Of a stretch of DNA of 64,000 bases, positions 51,071 through 64,000 are shown piece after piece; position 1 is the first letter of the stretch; each line of letters begins with the position of its first letter. This DNA is from Octopus vulgaris (lineage: Eukaryota). The translations under genes and the position numbers were made by a program. Location: positions 42,966,001 to 43,030,000 of the forward strand of contig OX597831.1 in the NCBI GenBank assembly GCA_951406725.2, given 5' to 3'. The notes under the pieces were generated by a model. The model did not search any database. It saw only the letters and a program-made list of their open reading frames with translations, and was not told where the DNA came from.

Positions 51071-52334
51071 ATATATATGTGTGTGTGTGTGTGTGTATGA
51101 ACACACACACACGCGCGCACGCATGCACACACACATGCATGCATGCACGCACACACACACACACACACATTTGTTGAGGCAGATTTTTCTGGCTGGATGT
51201 TTTTCATGTTACCAACCTTCTCCTGGACTGCATGTTTTTTTAACCTTCCATGTAAACATGCTCACATTAGTCAAGTAATATTACCTTGCTTGAAAGCAAG
51301 TGAGGGTTGGTGACAGACAGAGCATCCAGCCATAAAAAACTACCTCAATGAGTCATTCCCTTTCTCTGATGCAAGCATGAAAAAATTAGAACAATGATGA
51401 AGATAACGCCATAGTGTGTGTGTGTGTTTGTGTGTGAGTGTATTATACTAGATTATAAATGTGACAATATCTTGTATTTTCATGAAACAATCAATACTGA
51501 TCAATTAGATTTTTTGGATGATCGATTATTTTTAAGTGTTTTTCTCCCAACTGGTTATCACTTCAAAAATGGAATCATGCTTCATTTAATTTGATGTACA
51601 GTTACATTTAAAATGGTTACTGCAAAAAGGCTGCATAATCTACAAGAAATAGCAGCAAAATCTCATTCGCATCACATTCCGCTGTCTTAAAAAAAAAAAG
51701 CATGTTGATTAATGTAATCTTAGATACACTATCTTTTACTTCTTTAAGTTATGTGGCCATGCTGGGGCACCACCTTGGACGGTTTTAGTTGAACTCATCA
51801 ACTCTAGTACTTGTTTTTTGTTTTTGCCTTTTTTTTTACATCTGGTACTTTTTCTATTGGTCTTTTTTGCTAAGTTAATGGTAAAGTAAACAAACCAACA
51901 CCGGTTGTCAAGTGGTGTATGGGAGGGTGACAAGCACAGTCACAAATAGGTGACCACACACACACATAAACACACAAATCATATACACACATACGCTATA
52001 CATATTTACATACTATGCATACACACATACATACATACACACACGATGGGCCGCCACACAATTTCTGTCCACCATGACAACCAAATTCACTCACAAGATA
52101 TTGATCAGTCCAGTGATATAGAAGAACGTGACCAAGGTGTCACACAATGAAACTGAACCTGAAACCACATGGTTATGAAACAAGCTCCTTAACCACTCAT
52201 CCATACCTGCATCTGTCTAGAAAAAACAATGCAGGATGGTCAGGTCGAAATAATTTGGATGATAGTTCTGCTTAATTTAAAAAGGCCTATTTTTACAGTT
52301 AATTATAAAATGGATCACATTATAGAATTTTTTT

Positions 52335-52738
52335 CTCTTTTACTTGTTTCAGTCATTTGACTGTGGCCATGCTGGAGCACTGCCTTCAGTTGAGCAAATC
52401 GCCCCCAGGACTTATTCTTTGGAAGCCTAGTACTTATTCTATCAGTCTCTTTTGCCGAACCACTAAGTTATGGGGACGTAAACACACCAGCATCGGTTGT
52501 CAAGCGATGTTGGGGGGACAAACACAGATGCACAAACATATACACACACATACATATATAGATATACATATATATGACAGGCTTGTTTCAGTTTCCGTCT
52601 ACCAAATCCACTCACAAGGCTTTGGTTGGCTCGAGACTATAGTAGAAGACACTTGCCCAAGGTGCCATGCAGGGGGAATGAACCCAGAACAATGTGGTTG
52701 GTAAGCAAGCTACTTACCACACAGCTACTCCTGCACCT
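52335..52738 (-). mobile_element. SINE family A copy
   Basis: Full-length reverse-complement copy. Confidence 0.85.
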
Positions 52739-53802
52739 ATAATATTTAAATACAAAGAAGCAGAAGAAAAAAGGAAAAGAAAGAAAAAAATGGTGAGGAA
52801 ATAGAGCAATAGAAAGAAAAATAGGGGATACAAATCAATAAATACAGGGGTCTGACCAGTTGCTAACACTTTGTGCTGATCGCCATTGAGATGTCAGGTG
52901 TTCCTCAGACCCTGTACTTCTGATTTTCTCCACAAAATTGGGATAATGATGGCTCATCTGAGAAATGAGCCCAGTGAGGTGGAGTGGCTGTTGCAGTAAA
53001 TATTGCTGGCCATTCTCTGTGGCAACACCATAGCAGTCATTACCATGGGGTGCATCTGAGCTTACCATTTGTTTTGGGGTGTGTGGCCCATCGCGTCCAC
53101 ACCCTTGTATCTTCTACTGCTTTACCCAACCCCTTTTTTTCTTTCTTTTCCTTTTTCATCTGTCTTTTTTTTCTTATTTCTTCATATTTAAATGTTCAAC
53201 TTAACTGGTGTTAATCAGGAGCTGAACACCACCACCAACAACAGAATGGATTTAAGCAGTCTTTTGACCTGCTAGAAATAACAACCAAGTCTTCTTCAAA
53301 TGACACTATACTGTTTTTAAAAGTAGATACACTAAATAATGCAGTCCAGGATATAACATGTCTGAAAGATGAGGAGATCGTCATGGTTGGAACATAACAA
53401 TGCACATCTGCATTATAAATTCTCGATAAACCTCATACCCACATGAACATGTCAGTCCCATTTTATGTATTCTTTTGATTAAACACCAAACAAGGAAGCA
53501 CATACAATTCTTTGTATCCTTTCAATTAAGTCACACACACAAGGAAGATTAATTTTTATTGACACTTAATTATTGTATATAAAATATAAAATTAAAATTG
53601 GAAATTTTTTTTTCATAATTCAAGCAGAAACATTCTATCTGGATAAATAAAATGTGCTACTTTAGTATCTGATCTACCACAGTATCAGTTGTCTACACTG
53701 TGAAATGACCTGATCTGAGTTATATTAAGGGTTAGGAGTTAGGGTTTGGAATAAAGGTTTAAAGTTAGACTGCACACTAAAGTGTAAATGGCCAGGTAGA
53801 CT

Positions 53803-54221
53803 CAGGGCCGAATTAAGACCCATCAAGGCTCTAAGCAATTAAAAGATTTTGGTGCCTCCATAAAAGATTATGTAATTCAAAATATAAATAACAAACAATA
53901 AAATAAATTTTTTATTTTCAAAATGAAACAAAACAGTAAGAGGGAAAATAATGTTTATTTTTGTATACTTCCACTTAATTTATATTAGAAAAGTTCCTCC
54001 TACTTTTTTGAATTGCAAAGTCTTTGGTCAGCTCCTCAAAATTAATCTTAGATAACATATCTGCATTTATACTTAGTAGAGATAAAGCATCCTGAATATT
54101 ATTTTAGGAAGTTAAAGTGATTTCTTTTGTGCCATAACCATTTACCATTTCTGTGGTGCTCCCTCCTTCCCTTGATGTCCTAAGCACATGCTTATTTTGC
54201 TTAATGGTTAATCAAGTGCTG
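53803..54221 (-). mobile_element. Non-autonomous hAT element with 8-bp TSD
   Basis: Termini are CAGGGCCGAATTAA and TTAATCAAGTGCTG. GGTAGACT is duplicated at 53795-53802 and 54222-54229. Minus strand retains DALSLLSINADMLSKINFEELTKDFAIQKSRR, resembling a hAT C-terminus. Confidence 0.85.
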
Positions 54222-54524
54222 GGTAGACTACACACTAAAGTGGCACTGGTGAGAATTTGCATCAGAGGTCAGGTGCATGAGATTAATGCATTTTGTTGTT
54301 ATTTAGCCTGCACCATGAAAAAAAGGACCTATGCCGGTGTCATGTAAAGGGCACCAGTGCCAGTGCTGTGTAAAAAGAATGTAAAAAGCTGACATACCAG
54401 CTCCACGTGAAGAGGCACCTGTGCCAATGCCATGTCAGAAGGTACTCGTGCCAGCACCATGTGAAAAAAGCACCCATGCAAACATGGACAGTTGGATGTA
54501 GACCTGATGCAAGATGATACGTAT

Positions 54525-54925
54525 ACTCTTTTACTTGTTTCAGTCATTTGACTGTGGCCATGCTGGAGCACCGCCTTTAGTCGAGCAAATCGACCCCAGG
54601 ACTTATTCTTTGTAAGCCTAGTTACTTATTTTATTGGTCTCTTTTGCTGAACTGCTAAGTTATGGTGACATAAACACACCAGCATCGGTTGTCAAGCGAT
54701 GTTGGGGGTGACAAACACAGACACACAAACATATACACACACATATGCATATACATATAGACGACGGGCTTCTTTCAGTTTCCGTCTACCAAATTCACTC
54801 ACAAGGCTTTGGTCAACCTGAAGCTATAGTAGAAGATACTTGCCCAAGGTGTCATGCAGTGGGACTGAACCTGGAAGCATGTGGTTGGTAAACAAGCTAC
54901 TTACCACACAGCCATTGCTACACCT
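54525..54925 (-). mobile_element. SINE family A copy
   Basis: Full-length reverse-complement copy. Confidence 0.85.
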
Positions 54926-55617
54926 GGTATGATGGTTAATTTGGAGGGAGATTTGGTTACTATTTCTAGTAAGTTGAGTGACTCATTGACTTGGAAGTAC
55001 TTGTTGCAGGATTAAAGTGTGTTAGGTATGTGGAATGGAGAGAGAGTAAAAATGTGACTAAAAGCTGTACCAATTAAAATTAGTTGCTTAGATAGGTTAC
55101 TAAGTCAAAAACAACTGATTCAAAAATGGATTTTATCATTCAATATCTGAAAAACAACTAATTTGACTTATCAACATATAGAATGTCACAGATGGTCAGA
55201 TGGTCATACCGATAGGTTCTTGAGTACATGTGTTTTTGACAAGGTCACTTAACTAAACAGATGTAGAACATTATTTTATTGATTTTTCAATCATTGGATT
55301 TTGACCAAGCTGGGGTACAGGACTTTAAAGGATTACATTTGGTACTGAAACTTATTTTACTGACTCCCAGGATGGAAAAAGACTGCAGCACTTTTAGGAT
55401 TTGTACTGAAACTTATTTTACTGACTCCCAGGATGGAAAAAGGTAAAGCTGACCTGTGGTTAGTCCACATTATACTGAAAGGAGCATAGGGTTGGTTTCC
55501 CAATTTCCATGGTGTATATGCTCCTTCTTGGATGGGACACCGGTCTGTTACAGGATTACTCATTTTTACCAGCTGAGTGGACTGGAGCAGCATGAAATGA
55601 TGTTGTTTGCTCAAGGA

Positions 55618-56030
55618 CAGAGTCAGGTTAAAATCTAAAGAGGCCCTAAGCACTTAAAAGGTTTAGATGCCCTCAAGTATATGAAAATAGTTCAAAATGT
55701 AAACAAAGATAATTCAAAATGTAAATGATGATAAACCATGAAATAAATTTTATTTTTCAAAATGAAACAAAATTCACAGAAAGATGGAAAATAATGTTTA
55801 TGTTTATATGCTTCCACTTCATTTATATTTGAAAAGTTTTCTGTTTTTTTTATATTGCAAAGTGTTTGATGATATGGTTAAAATTAATTTTATGCAAAAC
55901 TTCTGCTTCTATACTTAGTAGAGATAAGTCATTATGAATATTATTTTAGCAAGTTTAAAGTGATTTCTTTTGTGCTGTAAACCATTTTCATTTCTGTGGT
56001 GCCCACATTCCTTGATGCTCTAAGCACCTA
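55618..56030 (-). mobile_element. Second, more diverged copy of the same hAT element, nested in a SINE
   Basis: Collinear similarity to 53803-54190. It splits a minus-strand SINE (about 55470-55617 and 56030-56115). Confidence 0.7.
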
Positions 56031-56177
56031 ATGGAATTGTGGTTCCAGGAATCGAAACCATAGTCTTATGATCAAGAGTCCAAAACCCTAACCACTAAGC
56101 CATGCACCTCCACAAGTTGACCACTTCAGGATTTGAACTCAAGAATAAAATGATGTAACTAAATACTTCAACCACAC

Positions 56178-56500
56178 TGTCCAGTCCCAGTGGTAGTGTT
56201 GTGGCATATGTGTCTCAATGACCCTGAGGGCTATACCAAAAAAACACATGCTCTAGTAAGGTCTCCCATGTTGGACAGGTCAAAGGATAGAAGTCAGACT
56301 AATAAAGACCACCTCTTTCCAGAGGTAAAAATGGGTTTGTGTAGAACCAACACCTCTACTAAGTTACAGAAGCATCAATAACAACAAAATAATATCTGTG
56401 AGAGGAATGCCTTATAATCCAAAGTTAAGTTAAGGACAATGGAGAAAAGTTGTCAATGGCTTGTGTTCCATAGAGAGCAAAGGGCTTAATAAACAAAATG
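56178..56500 (+). mobile_element. Third, internally deleted copy of the bipartite RTE-derived element
   Basis: Same leader and tail motifs as 225-636. Confidence 0.6.
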
Positions 56501-58346
56501 ATGAACTAAATACTTACTACAAAACAATTTATCTGACACTTGCAATTCCATCACCCTTCAACCCTAAAGGTCAACATTATAAATTGTTTTAAAACAGGAG
56601 CAGCACTATAAAACTTATGAGTACTTCACTGGTCTGCAATTCCAAGCCAAACTCCTTTCAAGAGAGTAATTGTGACATGGAAGGACAATGCTAGACTGAC
56701 TTTCCCCATACACATTACACGAAGGAGAGGTCACCTGCAGCAGCCCTTTACAACCCAATAGTTTACAGGATTTCTATCAACAGGGAACTTGAGAATAACA
56801 GAAGCTATTTTAATTAACAAGTACAGCCCAGGGAATTAATAACAGATCTGAAGTGCATACAGCTGATTGGATACAGAAGCAATACAAACCAACCATTCAA
56901 ACACACACACAACAGAACAGAGAAATCAGCTATCAACATCCTTTCTCTGTAAATTTCCTGAAGAAGGGGCTCTAAGTCAGAAATATTGAAATACCAGTTA
57001 ATAGTACTAACCATTGACCTATATTATTAATTTTCATGACTTGTGTTATTTTGGCTTTAAAGAAAAAAAATTCTTTATTGGCAGTACCGCCTGACTGACC
57101 CTCGTGCCAGTGGCACATAAAAGCACCCACTACACTCTCGGAGTGGTTGGCATTAGGAAGGGCATCCAGCTGTAGAAACTCTGCCAGATCAGATTGGAGC
57201 CTGGTGCAGCCATCTGGTTCACCAGTCCTCAGTCAAATCGTCCAACCCATGCTAGCATGGAAAGCAGACGTTAAACGATGATGATGATGATAATGATTAT
57301 GATGATGATATCTGCAAATGCTTCATGAAAACAATTTCACTATGCTTAGTCGCATTTCATCCATCTTTAGGTTCTGAGTTCAAATCTTGCCAAGGTTGAC
57401 TTTGCTTTTCATCCTTTTGAGGGGGTCAATAAAATAAATACCAGTTGAACACTGGGGTTGATGTAATTGACTTATCTGCTCCCCTGAAATATCTGACTTT
57501 GTGTCAAAATTTGAAATCAGTATTTTACTGAGAGGGCTCAGAATGAGAGAAGAAGGGAAGGTCTTACAAGCAGACAACCACAGCTCTTGGTAGTTTATGT
57601 GGAAGTTCTCACATATTCATTCAGCTTAATGTAGCACACTCAAAAATCTTTCTTTCCCTCCATCAGCAAATTCTTTTATTACACAAAAAGGGACCGCATG
57701 TTTAATACTTACAAAAACAAAGATAAACTCCAAATTTCTACCACTTTCTACAATGAGTATTCAGTTGTTCAATCAACTGAACAACTTATTCTTTGAACTA
57801 TAATAGTAAAAGTGGCTGAGTATTCCACAGACAGAGGTACTCTTAACACAGTCGTCTAACAGAATTAGTGTGGCACAATGTGACAAGACAGTGGACCATT
57901 CAAGTCTAGGTACAAACCATTCAACACACTTCTGCACAAGGTTTGCACAAGTCTTGTCTCCCCAGTTCCATTCACAAGTTTTGTGACTAAAACTGGCAAA
58001 CAGAAACTGGAGAAGCCTGACTGTGTGGCACCTGGGATGAGAGTTTTCTATTATAGCCCCAGAATGACCAAAACCTCATAAGTGGATTTGGTAAATGAAA
58101 ACTGAAAGAGGCTCACCATACCCATTGTATATATATTTGTGTGTGTGTGGTGTTTGTTGCACACCACTTGACAACCAATGTGGGTTTGTTTACATTCCCA
58201 TAACATAACACTTTGACAGAAGGGACTAACAGAATAAGTCCCAGACTTTAAAAAAAGAAAACAACAACCGCTGGGGGTTGATTTGTTCTACTAAAACCAC
58301 TCCAGCTTGGCCACAGTCCAAATACTGAAACAAATAAAAGACAAAA

Positions 58347-58390
<44 letters not shown>

Positions 58391-58530
58391 TTTTTTTGTC
58401 TTTTACTTGCTCCTGAACTAGTTGTTAAATATCCTACCCATGAGGGATCGATGTTAGATGTGTCGAAACAACTGTAGTAATTAATAAAAATTCTCTTATC
58501 TTCTATTTCTCATTCACCATATATGATATA

Positions 58531-58633
<103 letters not shown>

Positions 58634-59089
58634 ATGCATGCATGTATGTATGTATGTATGTATGTCTGTATGTCTGTATGTCTGTATGCATAGATAGATA
58701 GATAGATAGATATAGGCATATTTGTGAGTGTGTATGCATGCCAATGTGTTTTCGTGTACAAGTGTGTGTTTGTGTGAGTTTATATGTTTTCCCACTTTCA
58801 CACATGTTTGCTGTTTGTAAACAAAATCATCACTTTCCATTCATGCTGTATTTGTCCGTTTTCAGTCCATCACAGAAACACATCCTAGCTTCTTGACATG
58901 TCTTGACATGTACAATCTTTTGAAAATAAAATGCACATTCAAATGGTATCATTTGTCTCCAGTCCTCCACATAACTATGTTTGATCTGTTTATTGCATGA
59001 CAATACGGGGAATTTATAACCTTGCTTACCAACAGTTACCAAGAAGAGCATCCTGCCGTAAAAAAGAAAAAAACACAAATCTAATCAAT

Positions 59090-59190
59090 CCCATTGCGTG
59101 GCACCTTGGGCAAGTGTCTTCTACTATAGCCTTGGGCTGACCAAAGCCTTGTGAGTGGATTTGGTAGACAGAAACTGAAAGAACCCCGTC

Positions 59191-59235
<45 letters not shown>

Positions 59236-59451
59236 AAAAAGAAGTTTGAAAATGCCACTATATAAGACAAATTTTAATTTTCTTAGAAATTCTACATGTT
59301 TCGGTTCTTCTTGAAAAAATGAACCTTATCAAAAATAATTTTAAAAGTTAAGTGTAATAAAAAAGTTCATAATTGTTTCTTACTAGTCTCAACAGAATCC
59401 ACATGGTGGTTTTTTGTTGGGGACAGCATAATAGCTGTTTTGTGTGTTGAC

Positions 59452-59484
<33 letters not shown>

Positions 59485-59672
59485 GTTTGTGTCTGTGTTT
59501 GTCCCCCTAACATTGCTTGATAACCGATGCTGGTGTGTATACGTCCCCGTAACTTAGTGGTTTGGCAAAAGAGACAGATAGACAAAGAATAAGTCCTGGG
59601 GTTGATTTGCTCGACTAAAGGTGGTGCTTCAGCATGGCCACAGTCAAATGACTGAAACAAGTAAAAGAGTAA
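59090..59672 (+). mobile_element. SINE family A copy split by a Penelope-like fragment inside its (TA)n
   Basis: SINE halves lie at 59090-59230 and 59452-59672, with the insert between them. Confidence 0.75.
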
Positions 59673-59929
59673 AGTGTAATGTAATGGTCTTATTTGACCC
59701 ATGCAAACATGGGAAAGTAGATGTGATGACTATCTTGCACTAATGTCAGTCATTAGATTGCAGCCATGGTGGGGGCACTGCCACAAAGAATTTGAGTTAA
59801 ATGCATCAATCCAAGTATATATTTTTCTTGGTCTGATGCTTATTCTATTAATCTCTTTTGCTAAACTTTTAAGTTACCAAAATGTAAACATGCAAAACTG
59901 ACTGTCAAGCAGTGGTGGAGAATAAACAC

Positions 59930-60585
59930 AGGCAGTGAAACATGGACTGTGACTACTGTGGACATGCATAGAATAGAAAGAAATGAAGCTACTATGCTCT
60001 GCTGGATGTGTAATGTCAGTGTGCATACACGACAGAGTGTAAATGCCCTGAGAGAAAAGTTGGACATAAGAAGCATCAGATGTGGTGAGCAAGAGAGACA
60101 ACTGCACTGGTCTGGTCATGCGTTGCATATAGATGAGGACGGCTGTGTGACGAAATGTCACACCCTAACAGTGGGAGGAACCTGTGGAAGAGGTAGACCC
60201 AGGAAGACATGAGATGAGGTGGTGAAGCAGGACCTTCAAACGCTGGGCCTCACCGAGGCAATGACAAGCGGCCGAGACCTTTGGAGATATGTTGTGATTG
60301 AGGAGACCCAGCAAGTCAAGTGAGATTGTAGCTGTGGCTGACGTCAGTGTCACATGACTGGCCCATTTAAAAGTACCCTTCAATCGTTGGGCAATATGCT
60401 GTGTTTGAGAAGACCTGTTTAGTGAAATTGTAGTCATGGCCAATGCCAGTGCCACCTGACTGTTACCTGTGCCAGTGGCACATAAAAAGTACCATTTTAG
60501 TGTGGTCGATGCCAGTGCTGTCTCACTGGCCCCCATGTCAGTGACATGTAAAAAGCACCCACTACACTCTTGGAGTGGTTGGCCT
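59930..60585 (+). mobile_element. 3' fragment of an RTE related to the 33.5-36.7 kb element
   Basis: Translation includes DMHRIERNEATMLCWMCNVSV..IRSIRCG..GRGRPRKT. Followed by 3' UTR repeats. Confidence 0.85.
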
Positions 60586-61885
60586 CAGGCCGACCAAAGC
60601 CTTGAGAATGGATTTGGTAGACAGAAACTGAAAGAGGCCCATCGTATATAATATATATATATGTTTGTATGTATTTGTGTGTCTGTGTTTGTTCCCCCCG
60701 CCATTGCTTGACAACTGATGTTGGTGTGTTTATGTTCCTGTAACTTATGGTTCAACAAAAGAGACTGATACAAAGAACAAGTCCTGGGGTCGATTTGTTT
60801 GACTAAAGGTGGCGCTCCAGCATGGCTGCAGTCAAATGACTAAGTAAAAGAATAAAAGAATATATATATATATATGATGGGCTTCTTTCAGTTTCTGTCA
60901 TCCAAATCCACTCTCAAATTTTGAGACAGCCCAAGGTCATAGTAGAAGACACTTGCCCAACGTTCCACACAGTGGGACTGAACCTAGAACCATGTGGTAG
61001 GGAAGCGAACTTCTTGGGCCCATTTAAGAGTACCCTTCAATCAAGGGACAATAAACTATGTTTGCGAAGACCTATTGAGCCATGTGAAATAACTATAGTG
61101 GCCGATGATGGTACCACATAATTGGCACCTGTGCCAGTGGAACGTTAAAAGCACCATTTGAGCATGACAGTTTGACTGAGGGCTGGCGAGCCAGAAGGCT
61201 GCACCAGTCTGCAATCTGATCTATTCTATGTGTGTGAGATAACAATGAGATTAATATCAACAATGGTGGTGATGGCACAACATGAAATTGGTGACAATGA
61301 TAACTGCAATGATAATGATGATAAACTGAAGTGTGATGTTTGTGCAGTTCAAAAGATAACAACAGCAACAAGAACAAAACCTGACTGATGATCACATGCA
61401 CACACACATATACTATGTCCAAACATGATGATTTACAAGGAATGCTTAAGAAAACATTGACAGTTTTAGTTCTCATTTCCCCCTCGTTTTTTTTTTTTCT
61501 TTACGATCCTCCTTTGAATTCTTACCATTCTGCTGTCACTTCATTTCTCTCTTCTCACATTCCTTTCTAACTTCCTTTACACATCTCTCTCTCTCTTTCT
61601 CTCTCTACCTTTATTTCTCTTTTTATTTAATTGATGAAGGCAATTGATATAAATTCACTTGTTACTAAAGCCTAGTTAGTAGCTATTGCATCAAAGCTAT
61701 CAATAAACTGATGCAGCAGTTCATAACAGACATGTACAAGATGAGACTATGGAAGGAGAGAAAGGGGAAAGATAGAGAGAGAAGAAATGAAACAAGGAAA
61801 AGAAGAGAAAATTAAAGTTATCTCCATATTGCAAATAAAACAATGCACACATACATGTATAGAGAGATGCTTGAGGTTTGATATT

Positions 61886-62690
61886 GATCATCATCATCAT
61901 CATCATCATCGTTTAACGTCAGCTTTCCATGCTGGCATGGGTTTGACGGTTTGACTGAGGGCTGGCGAGCCAGAAGCCTGCACCAGTCTCCAATCTGATC
62001 TGGCAAAGTTTCTACAGCTGGATGCCCTTCCTAACACCAATCACTCCAAGAGGGTAGTGGGTGCTTTTACATGCCTCTGGCATGACGGCCAGCCAGGCGG
62101 TACTGGCATCAGCCACGCTCAGATGGTGCTTTTTACATGCCATCTGCACAGAAGCCAGTCCAGCGGCACTGGCAACAACCATGCTCGAATGGTATTTTTT
62201 TATGTGCCATCGGCATGGGAGCCAGTCAGCAGCCCTGGTAACGATCACACTCAAATGGTGCTTTTAACATTCCACTGACACAGGTGCCAATTAGGTGGTA
62301 CCATCATTGGCCACAACAGTGATTTCACTTGCCTCAACAGATCCTTGCAAGCATAGTTTATTGTCCATTGATTGAAGGGTACTCTTAAAGGGGCTGGTTA
62401 TACAGCACTGGCATAGGCCATGATTACGGTCTCACTTGGCTTCCTGGGTCTTCTCAAGCACAGATTATCTCCAAAGGTCTTGCTCACTTATCATTGCCTC
62501 AGTGAGGCCCAATGTTTGAATGTCGTGCTTCACCACCTCATTCCAGGTCTTCCTGAGTCTACCTCTTCCACAGGTTCCCTCAACTGCTACGGTGTGACAC
62601 TTTTTCACACAGCTGTCTTCATCCATTCATAGCACATGACCATGCCAGCACAGTTGTCTCTCTTGCACACCACATCTGATGCTTCTTATA
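61886..62690 (-). mobile_element. 5'-truncated RTE copy (ORF end + 3' UTR + (GAT)n tail)
   Basis: 62440-62690 matches the RTE ORF end at about 33710-33940. The tail (ATC)nGTTTAACGTC is at ~61890. Confidence 0.85.
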
Positions 62691-62726
62691 TATATATATA
62701 TCAAAAATGGGGAAGGCCGGTTTATG

Positions 62727-62785
62727 GGATCACCTTAGGTTTCCCGTCCATAAAAGGTTTAGCCTTATGGTGTATCGTCAGATCC
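62727..62785 (-). ncRNA. Minimal type I hammerhead ribozyme-like motif, probably inactive
   Basis: Minus strand reads GGAT-CTGACGA-[CCATAAGG..CCTTTTATGG stem II]-GAAA-CCTAAGG-T-G-ATCC. Stem I is GGAT/ATCC and the cleavage triplet is GUG. Confidence 0.55.
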
Positions 62786-64000
62786 AAATAAACTTGTTGG
62801 CCCATGACCTCTTCAAAATATTGTATGTGTGTGTGTGTGTGTGTGTGTGTATTTCTATGTAAAGATGCATGGCCAAGTGGATAGGGTGTTGAGCTCACAA
62901 TTACTAGATCACAGGTTCAATTTCCAGACCTAGTGGAACATTATGTTCCTGAGCAAAGAACTTTATTTCATGTTGCTCCAGTCTAGACAACCGTAAGTGG
63001 GTAACCCTGTGACAGACTAGCCTACCAATCAGGAGAAGAAAACCAAAGGTATAATACATCAAGATGAATTAAACATTGAAATGCTTCGTTCCGTGCAGAA
63101 ACTACAAGAACTACTCAGAGGTACTGGAAGCTCCTCTTTTGAATCCATTGTAATATCAGACACCCTTATCATTTCATCAATGTCTCAATTGTTTGGGGTC
63201 TTAATTTTTTTGTCCTTTAGCTTGCAGCAGAAAATTGTTGTGAGCAAACATTTTAAACAGTCTTAACTATAGAAGGAAATTGAAGATATAGCATATTTAT
63301 AATATTATTCTGCTTTCATATGACATATATGGATATGCTTTCATCATTACCATCATCATCATCATTTAATATCCGTTGTCCATGCTGGCATGGGTTGGAT
63401 GGTTTGACTGGGATCTAGTCTGACTAACATATCTTAATATTTTTACCATATCCTTACTTTCATATCAGAGAAAAATGCATATGGTTGAACTTGAACCTGA
63501 AGTCCTAGTGAACAAAGCACAATAGCTACAACACTGAGCTATGGATTAAAAACTATATACATATAGGTTAAAAAGGTAAAGACACCCTTCAGTCCTGAAT
63601 GACCATGGAATTGCACCTAGAAAGATTCCCTCTGAGGCACAAGTCCGGGCAAGTTTGCTTATGGAAGACATGCAATCACCCATGCATACCAGTGTCCCGT
63701 CTCCATGCCACCAATGTTGCCAAAGGAAAGGCAAAGGATGATACAACTTGGTACCAGTAATGTTACAACTCAATTCTACAGTTGGGTGAACTGAAGCATT
63801 GAGAAATAAGTCTCTTTCTCAAGGACACAACACACAGCTTGGTTTGGTAATCAAACTCACCACCTCATGATTGTGAGCCCAATACTCTAACCACTGAGCC
63901 ATGCATCTCTATAATAATAATAATATATATATATATTGGCAAAAATGGTAAATTAACAAAAGAAAGAAAGAGACCTCAATATTATGTAAATAGAGGAAAT

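Noticed and set aside
53724-53765. TTAGGG-like words as an interstitial telomere
   Set aside because: Only one exact unit among degenerate ones.
55338-55442. ~45-bp direct repeat (also a 29-bp repeat at about 45610-45670)
   Set aside because: Simple local tandem duplications with no further structure.

Overview
AT-rich animal genomic DNA, dominated by repeats. The SINE, RTE and Penelope repertoire and the (TA)n/(CA)n/(GATA)n density suggest a cephalopod such as Octopus (inference, not database-verified). No host protein-coding exon could be supported, so the window reads as intergenic or as a large intron. The only long real ORF is a near-intact minus-strand RTE-clade LINE (about 33313-36726) with an APE endonuclease and an RT that carries a C4HC3 PHD finger inserted inside the RT. 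Other notable items: a perfect head-to-tail dimer of a composite non-autonomous Helitron carrying a mariner fragment (28378-31925); Penelope-like foldbacks with minimal hammerhead-like cores; short RTE 5'+3' bipartite elements and a GC-rich, possibly pseudoknotted RTE-type leader; hAT, mariner, maT and CR1 relics; and many tRNA-derived SINEs, often nested or inverted. Coordinates were counted by eye, and degenerate repeat boundaries are approximate.
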